Assembly: GCA_963664815.2 (NCBI GenBank)
Contig: CAXXHB010000003.1
Span: forward strand, 1,792,001-1,856,000
Reading direction: 5' to 3'
Source: Spirochaetota bacterium
GTDB taxonomy: Bacteria; Spirochaetota; UBA4802; UBA5550
Length of the DNA: 64,000 nt
Position numbers and translations under genes: made by a program. The first letter of the stretch is position 1. Each line of letters starts with the position of its first letter. This document shows positions 57,685 through 64,000 of this stretch, in pieces. Below the pieces are notes generated by a model. That model had not been told where the DNA came from. It did not search any database and saw only the letters and a list, made by a program, of their open reading frames with translations.

Positions 57685-57894
57685 ATGTCAGAGTGGATAA
57701 GCGTTAAAGACGGATTGCCGGAATATAATACCAACTATGATGATAAATATTTTATTTATAGAGATATTTGTAATTGTTTTGATGCTGCATTTTTTGATGG
57801 CAAAAATTTTATCGCAGATGATGGAGAAATTTATAGAGAAGTATCGCATTGGATGAAACCGGAGGCTCCAAAACGAAAAAGTATAAAGAATTAG
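57685..57894 (+). CDS. DUF551-like phage protein
   Basis: SEWISVKDGLPE ... VSHWMKPEAP. Confidence 0.75.
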   Translation: MSEWISVKDGLPEYNTNYDDKYFIYRDICNCFDAAFFDGKNFIADDGEIYREVSHWMKPEAPKRKSIKN

Positions 57895-58086
57895 TTGTAA
57901 AAAGTCGCGGAAAATTTTTCATGGGTAGGTGTATTATCCTTTATTCCGAAATTTACCAAATTCTGGTAATCTCTCTGACAGTTTTATTTAATAATTCATT
58001 TAAAAATACTATTTTTCCTCAGTTTTCCTAACTTTTCAGTTTACATTTAATTACACATCGTTTATGGGGGGAGTATCACTTAAACA

Positions 58087-59464
58087 AATGTTCCTTATTG
58101 ATTTTATTAATAATTTTAAAACAATGGGTTATGATAAAGATTATTTTCCAGTTCTAAGAAGCAAAACAAAGAATGTCAGGACATTGCTGTTTCTCGATAT
58201 TGCTGAGGAGGTATTTTCATACTACCAGGATGCGCTTGCATCTCGAAATCAGCTTGATTTTGCTGATATGATTAATGAAGCAGATAAGATACTGACTGAA
58301 ATTGAGAAGTATAAAGATAAGCCAAAATATAAATACATTATCATAGATGAGTTCCAGGACATTGCAAAGCAGAGGTTCAACCTGACAAAGCGTCTTGCAG
58401 ATGTTACAGGTGCGCATGTTGTTGCTGTAGGTGATGACTGGCAGTCCATATTCGCCTTTGCAGGTTCAGACATAACACTCTTTCAGAAGTTCCTTGAACT
58501 GATGGGTGACGGCATACCGCTTTATATTACTCATACATACAGAAATTCGCAGGAACTTATTGACATTGCCGGTAGTTTTATTCAGAAGAACTCCTCACAA
58601 ATAAAAAAGCAATTAAAATCACCAAAGAAGATAAAGAATCCTGTTGTTATTGAATGCTATGATGATGCGAAAGATATCCGTAAAAACTGGATAAGTACAA
58701 TCGAGGAGACAATCGGTAAGATTGTTAATGAATTCGGTCCTGAGTCATCTATCCTTTTGATAGGCAGGTATAACTTTGACAGGGATTTACTTATAAAATC
58801 TGACAAGTTTGAAGAAATATCTAATGAGAAGGTAAGGTGTAAAAAATACCCGAGAGCCCTGATTATCTTTCTGACAGCGCATACTTCAAAGGGACTTGGC
58901 TTTGACAATGTCATTGTTCTGAATATGCTGGAGGGGAGGTACGGCTTCCCTTCACAGATTGAAGATGATCCAGTTATGAAGCTGGTTACCCACAGTGATG
59001 ATACAATACAATTCGCGGAAGAGAGAAGGCTGCTCTATGTTGCCATGACACGAACAAAGAACAAAGTATACTTGATTACTCCTCTGACACGCCCTTCACG
59101 TTTTGTCATTGAACTTGCGGATGATTATAAAATACCGCATCATGAAGATATGAGTAAGGATATACAACTTAAAAGATATATGCCCTGCCCGGTCTGTGGC
59201 CTGCCTCTAAAGTATGAAAACAACAAGAATTATGGACTGACTTTATATATGTGTACCAACGAACCTGAACTATGCGATTTTATGACAAACGATAAGGTTT
59301 TACCCGGGGATATATACAAGTGTCCTAAATGTACTGATGGTTACATGATTGTTAAGAAGAGAAAAAATGATGATAACAGATTTTACGGTTGTACCAACTT
59401 TAATTCGAATCCGAAATGTACAAATAGTTGTACAATAAACATTCAGCCTGTGAAAAATAAATGA
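58087..59464 (+). pseudogene. UvrD/HelD-like helicase, 3' part, with topoisomerase-type zinc fingers
   Basis: IIIDEFQD, VGDDWQSIFAFAG, TYRNS, TAHTSKGL, EERRLLYVAMTR; CPVCG / CPKC..FYGCTN. Confidence 0.9.
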
Positions 59465-59541
59465 ACAAGAAAGAATTGATTTGTTATTTGTATGAATAAA
59501 ACAAAAAGGTTATTAAACCTGAATAAAGACCGGGGGCATTA

Positions 59542-60582
59542 ATGAATACTCTGAAAAAAATCACAGGTTCACCATTGTTCATACCATCAGTGACGGCAAT
59601 ATACCTTACGGGCCTTGGCGAATCGCGCGGAAGACAGGAGTTGTATACAAGGCAGTCTCCGCAGAAGCTTAAAACCCTCAGGGAGCATGCCCTCATTGAA
59701 AGCGCGGTATCTTCAAACCGCATTGAGGGGGTTACAATAGACCGGTCACGGGTTGCTACGGTTGTATTCGGCAAATCAGTACTGCGTGACCGCGAAGAGG
59801 AGGAGGTGCGCGGGTATAAAGAAGCCCTGAAGCTTATTCATGAAAAAGGCACCTCTCTGCCGGTCAATGAAGAGACAATTAAAAAACTGCATTACCTGTC
59901 CAGGGGAGGTACCGGTGACGCAGGAGAATACAAAACAAAAAACAGTGATATTATTGAAAAATACACAGACGGCAGGGAGCGAATCAGGTTTAAAACAGTA
60001 AGTGCAGCAGAGACTCCCGGTGCAATGGAGCAGCTTGTTGCTTTATGGTATGACTGCCTTGTGGATAATCGTGTACCAGAACTGGTGCTGCTTGCCGCAT
60101 GGAACCTTGACTTCCTTTGTATTCATCCATTTCGTGACGGCAATGGCCGTGTTTCACGGCTCCTGCTGCTCCAGCAGCTCTATCACCTCGGTTATGAAGT
60201 AGGACGGTACATAAGTCTTGAAAGGATAATCGAAGATACAAAGGACCGTTATTATGAAACTCTGGAGTTGAGTTCAGAAGGATGGCATATGGGTAAAAAT
60301 GATCCATGGCCTTACATTAATTACATACTTTACACTCTTAAAACAGCCTGTGCTGAATTTGAATCACGTTTTTCAGGGACTTCGGCGCCGCGCGGTTCCA
60401 AGCGGCAGATGGTGGAGGAGGCCATTCTTTCCATGAAAGTCAGCTTTACCGTAAATGATATCATGGATAAATGTCCCGGTGTAAGTATTGATACAGTGAG
60501 AAAAATATTTAAAGAGAAGCAGAAAGATGGACTTATTGAATGTTTAGTTCAGGGGCGTGACGCGAAGTGGCGTGTAAAATAG
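59542..60582 (+). CDS. Fic family protein with C-terminal HTH
   Basis: SSNRIEG; HPFRDGNGRVSR. Confidence 0.92.
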   Translation: MNTLKKITGSPLFIPSVTAIYLTGLGESRGRQELYTRQSPQKLKTLREHALIESAVSSNRIEGVTIDRSRVATVVFGKSVLRDREEEEVRGYKEALKLIHEKGTSLPVNEETIKKLHYLSRGGTGDAGEYKTKNSDIIEKYTDGRERIRFKTVSAAETPGAMEQLVALWYDCLVDNRVPELVLLAAWNLDFLCIHPFRDGNGRVSRLLLLQQLYHLGYEVGRYISLERIIEDTKDRYYETLELSSEGWHMGKNDPWPYINYILYTLKTACAEFESRFSGTSAPRGSKRQMVEEAILSMKVSFTVNDIMDKCPGVSIDTVRKIFKEKQKDGLIECLVQGRDAKWRVK

Positions 60583-60698
60583 TATATGGGTAATACCCGG
60601 TTAATTAGGTATTAAATCAGGTAATTTGGAACTAAAGTATAAGTGTAAAAATATGCCTGTCAGTATACGCCATCATACAATTCGTGAATATAGTGTAA

Positions 60699-61079
60699 TT
60701 GCTTCTTCAAATGCAGAGAAGAAGTATAAAGAAAAACATTGTTCAGAGGGAGAGGTTCTATATAGAGTACGATGACTTTATCCGCGACAGACCTGAAAAC
60801 AGGCTGATCAAATCAACACTGTGTCTGCTGCTTAAGGCGTCGTTAAATGATGACAACATAAAGAAGCTGAGCCCCTTAGTTAACGGAAACGGAAGGGTAG
60901 TCCGTCTTATTATGAACCTTGTGCTCATGCAGAGCGGTTTCAACATTGCTCTTATACCGCCAGTTATTCGAGTTGAGTATATATCCTCGATAGAGCAGGC
61001 TCATAAGAATGATGAGGCATTTATTAATCTTATATGCAGATCGGTTTATGAAACACAGAAGGAGTGCTTAAGGATGCTT
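60699..61079 (+). pseudogene. Chimeric remnant: McrC-like fragment joined to Fic C-terminal fragment
   Basis: ERFYIEYDDFIRDRPENRLIKSTL (McrC-like), then PLVNGNGRVVRLIMN (Fic motif lacking His); last codons NI* lie beyond IS66. Confidence 0.6.
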
Positions 61080-61146
61080 GTAAGCGTCAAATTAACCCCA
61101 TCTTGAAAAAAGATCAATGATATATTACAATACCCTTCATTAAAAA

Positions 61147-61473
61147 ATGGAGGAAGAGATGAGTAAAAGAATTGAATATCAGAAACGCGATATGTCAAGC
61201 ATGGAGAAACATATAGCCGCCTGGGAACAAAGCGGGATATCACAAGTTGAGTATTGCAGAGAAAATAAAATACCTCTGTCAACCTTCGGCAACTGGAAAT
61301 CAAAAGTAAGTAAAAAATCTCAGAAAGAAATACCATTTATTGAACTGCAGGGGAATTTTTCATATCAGGATGAATATTTTGAATTACTGCTCGATGATGG
61401 CATGACTTTGAGAATCCGTGAAACCATCCCTGTATCGCAATTACGAAATATCATTCTTGCCATACGGAGGTAG
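61147..61473 (+). CDS. tnpA: IS66 TnpA
   Basis: WEQSGISQVEYCRENKI..STF..W. Confidence 0.85.
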   Translation: MEEEMSKRIEYQKRDMSSMEKHIAAWEQSGISQVEYCRENKIPLSTFGNWKSKVSKKSQKEIPFIELQGNFSYQDEYFELLLDDGMTLRIRETIPVSQLRNIILAIRR

Positions 61474-61823
61474 TGATGCTCAATTTGCAGAGAGAAACGA
61501 GGATATTTCTTCATCCCGGCAAAACAGATTTTCGAAAGTCAATCAATGGTTTATCCGTCTTTGTTCAGGAGCATATGAAGGAAGACCCTTTCAGCGGGAA
61601 TTACTATGTGTTCTGCAACCGGACAAAAAATATGCTGAAGATATTATACTGGGACAGGAATGGTTTCTGCCTGTGGCATAAAAGACTGGAGGAGGATAAA
61701 TTCCGCTGGCCCCGTATAGCCGAAGATGTCCATGAGATTACCCGCGAGGAATTCCGGTGGCTGTTACAGGGGCTTGACTTCTATAATGCTCATAAAATCC
61801 GCCGTTATGCAAGCGTGATATAA
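61473..61823 (+). CDS. tnpB: IS66 accessory protein TnpB
   Basis: TDFRKSINGL, KILYWDRNGF.LW.KRLE..F.WP. Confidence 0.93.
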   Translation: MMLNLQRETRIFLHPGKTDFRKSINGLSVFVQEHMKEDPFSGNYYVFCNRTKNMLKILYWDRNGFCLWHKRLEEDKFRWPRIAEDVHEITREEFRWLLQGLDFYNAHKIRRYASVI

Positions 61824-61846
61824 AAATTAATTGCAATCATGAGGGC

Positions 61847-63442
61847 ATGTTATATGATGTACTCATGATTGCAATGCCCGACAACCTTCCTGATGATGTA
61901 AACGAGCTCAAGAAAATTATTTCAAACCTGGCAAATGAATACGAAAAAGAAATTCAATATCTTAAAGAGAAAAATAAATTTTTACTTCAAAAGTTATTCG
62001 GCCGTAAAAGCGAGAAGCTAACTCCCGATGATATTCTACAGGGCCGCCTGTTTGATGAATCAGAATTCTACTCTGATGAGAATGAAAACGCAGAAGATGA
62101 TTCACCTGAAAAGCTAACCGTTGTTTCATCTCATACACGCCGGAAGACAGGAAAGAAACCTCTTCCTGAATCACTCCCTCGTGTTGATGTTGTACATGAT
62201 ATCTCCGAAGAAGAAAAACAGTGTGCCTGCGGGTGCGAGATGAAACGCATTGGGGAAGAAGTTTCTGAAAAGCTTGATATGATTCCTGCGAAAATCCAGG
62301 TGCTTCGTCATATCCGATATAAATATGCCTGTAAAAACTGTGAAGGGAGCGAAAGTGATGAAGCTCCGGTAAAGATTGCGCCATTGCCTCCGCAGATTAT
62401 ACCGCAGGGGATTGCAACACCAGGACTTGCGGCATGGGTGCTGGTGAGTAAATTCTGCGATGCGCTTCCTTTTTACCGGCAGGAAAAGCTTTTTTCCCGG
62501 ATTGGTGTTGATATTTCACGAGCGACTTTTTGTAACTGGTCCATTATTACACATAGAGGCAGTGAACGGCTGCTCGAACTGATGTGGAGAGATATTCTTG
62601 CGTCTCGGCTTGTTGGCATGGATGAGACGCCGGTGCAGGTTATGAAAGAGCCAGGCCGCAAAAATACAACAAAGTCATACATGTGGCTGTTCCGGGGTGG
62701 AGAAGAAACCCGACCAATTGTGATATTCCGGTATGCTCCGACCCGGGGATCAGAATTCATAAACAGTGAATTTGCGGATTACGAAGGTGTCATCCAGACC
62801 GACGGCTATCAGGGATACAAAACTCTGGGTAAAAAAGAAAAAGTAACACATGCTGTATGCTGGGCACATGTCCGGAGAAAATTCATGGAAGCGATGAATG
62901 GCACCAGTCAGTCTTTTTCACATTCTATAGTATCGATGATAAAAACGCTTTATGATGTAGAAAAAGAAATACGTGAGAATAAATATAACCATGAAGAGAT
63001 CAGACAGGTGCGCAATGATAAATCACGTCCAGTAGTAGAAAAGATAGAACAGCAATTGAAAAAGCATGTTCACAGTATTGCACCGGGAAGTCTTGCCGGT
63101 AAGGCAATCTCATACTCATTAAAGCTGTGGCCCCAGTTGTGTGTATATCTTGACAACCCTATTATTCCCATCGACAATAATCATGTTGAAAATGCAATCC
63201 GTCCTTTTGTGGTGGGACGAAAAAACTGGCTTTTTTCCGGTAGCCCGCGCGGTGCCCATGCCAGTGCCGGATTATATAGCATAATAGAGACGGCAAAGGC
63301 AAATGGTCTTGAGCCATACTGGTATCTTAGATACCTGTTTGAAAAATTACCTGCCTGTACAAGTGATAATGAAATCCGGTCAATTATGCCGAATAGAATT
63401 GATCCTGAAGTTATCAGTAAACTCAGAGGTGGGGTTAATTAA
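61847..63442 (+). CDS. tnpC: IS66 DDE transposase TnpC
   Basis: LFGRKSEK, LPFYRQE, MDETP, QTDGY, CWAHVRRKF, DNNHVENAIRP, GRKNWLF. Confidence 0.95.
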   Translation: MLYDVLMIAMPDNLPDDVNELKKIISNLANEYEKEIQYLKEKNKFLLQKLFGRKSEKLTPDDILQGRLFDESEFYSDENENAEDDSPEKLTVVSSHTRRKTGKKPLPESLPRVDVVHDISEEEKQCACGCEMKRIGEEVSEKLDMIPAKIQVLRHIRYKYACKNCEGSESDEAPVKIAPLPPQIIPQGIATPGLAAWVLVSKFCDALPFYRQEKLFSRIGVDISRATFCNWSIITHRGSERLLELMWRDILASRLVGMDETPVQVMKEPGRKNTTKSYMWLFRGGEETRPIVIFRYAPTRGSEFINSEFADYEGVIQTDGYQGYKTLGKKEKVTHAVCWAHVRRKFMEAMNGTSQSFSHSIVSMIKTLYDVEKEIRENKYNHEEIRQVRNDKSRPVVEKIEQQLKKHVHSIAPGSLAGKAISYSLKLWPQLCVYLDNPIIPIDNNHVENAIRPFVVGRKNWLFSGSPRGAHASAGLYSIIETAKANGLEPYWYLRYLFEKLPACTSDNEIRSIMPNRIDPEVISKLRGGVN

Positions 63443-63511
63443 GCACATACGGATGCTTAATATTTAAGGCTAGTATTTGTGAACCACGGACAACACGAAA
63501 TACATGAACAT

Positions 63512-63645
63512 AAGATTTTATATCAGGAAGTAGTATATAAAATTCAGGTGCAGTATTTTAAGTTTATAGAGAATCTGGATGCGGATTTCTTGAATCTGTT
63601 TACCTGGAATGTCTTGAAAGAGAGATGTTGATCAGTGAAATTCCC
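63512..63645 (+). pseudogene. GxxExxY protein remnant
   Basis: KILYQEVVYKIQ / frameshift / GAVF*VYRESGCGFLESVYLECLEREM; preceded by AACCACGGACAACACGAAATACA. Confidence 0.65.
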
Positions 63646-63939
63646 GGGTTGTACCTGTTACGGACAGGGTTAACCTTGATGACCAGATATGGGATACATT
63701 CAGGTTCCGTTGAAATAAGCGGTTGCATCCCTGCAAAAGCCGGACATACAATAATGAAATATATTACACAGATTAAAACTCTGCAAATAAATTAAAAAGT
63801 GAATTACAGTTCCGGATATTGTAAAAATTTCTGTAATCAGATAATCTGCAGTAAAAAAATAGTTTTCTGTATTATAAAAAAACCGATAAAGATAATATAA
63901 GAGTGTAAATAGAGTCTATTTGTAAATATGGAGCACTAT

Positions 63940-64000
63940 ATGAAAAGAAATTCACTTTTAATTATCCCTTTTATAACATTTTTTATTGTTTTTCTGACCG
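63940..64000 (+). CDS. 5' end of an exported or membrane protein, truncated by the window edge
   Basis: GGAG RBS; MKRNSLLIIPFITFFIVFLT. Confidence 0.5.
   Translation, partial: MKRNSLLIIPFITFFIVFLT

Larger units (their letters stand above)
20746..58086. mobile_element. Transposable (Mu-like replication) myovirus prophage, ~37.3 kb, apparently complete
   Basis: AATGTT direct repeat at 20740-45 and 58087-92; imperfect terminal IRs; DDE transposase, AAA ATPase, full head, tail and baseplate set; deletion restores host helicase frame. Confidence 0.92.
61080..63450 (+). mobile_element. IS66-family element, 2371 bp, 8-bp TSD GGATGCTT
   Basis: IRs GTAAGCGTCAAATTAACCCCA / TGGGGTTAATTAAGCACATAC; TSD at 61072-79 and 63451-58. 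Confidence 0.95.

Noticed and set aside
60587-60626. GGTAAT-like periodic repeats after fic
   Set aside because: Short and degenerate; may be eroded coding tail; no assignable function
61473-61823. RNA-guided TnpB nuclease
   Set aside because: This is the unrelated 116-aa IS66 accessory TnpB; no RuvC motifs
1-64000. tRNA, rRNA or integron integrase genes
   Set aside because: None recognised by eye; a covariance or HMM search would be needed to exclude them formally

Overview
Bacterial chromosome window in three parts. (1) 1-12000: housekeeping and accessory genes (DEAD-box helicase, RRM protein, DUF1456, MsrAB, GH1 plus an EamA-glycoside hydrolase fusion, MarR unit, GNAT, ASCH) with several REP/MITE-like palindromic repeats. 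(2) About 12290-63650: a defence-island-like region. It opens with an integrase-less array of integron-like cassettes (SIR2-NTPase-TPR gene split by IS3, KAP NTPase, small membrane protein). A UvrD/HelD-like helicase-nuclease, a Fic gene, an McrC/Fic deletion scar carrying IS66, and a GxxExxY pseudogene follow. (3) An apparently complete ~37.3 kb transposable prophage (about 20746-58086, AATGTT duplication) sits inside the helicase gene. It pairs a MuA/MuB/GemA transposition arm with a divergently transcribed, non-Mu-type myovirus virion module (DUF1073 portal, MuF with zincin extension, DUF2213, DUF2184 capsid, DUF3383 sheath). Signals read directly from the DNA: a switch-like structured leader over the methyltransferase RBS, three related late promoters (two apparently leaderless), a recurring RxD motif in head proteins, a +1/-2 tail-chaperone frame overlap, and a RosmerTA-like pair. 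All family calls come from motif recognition by eye; no database search was run.
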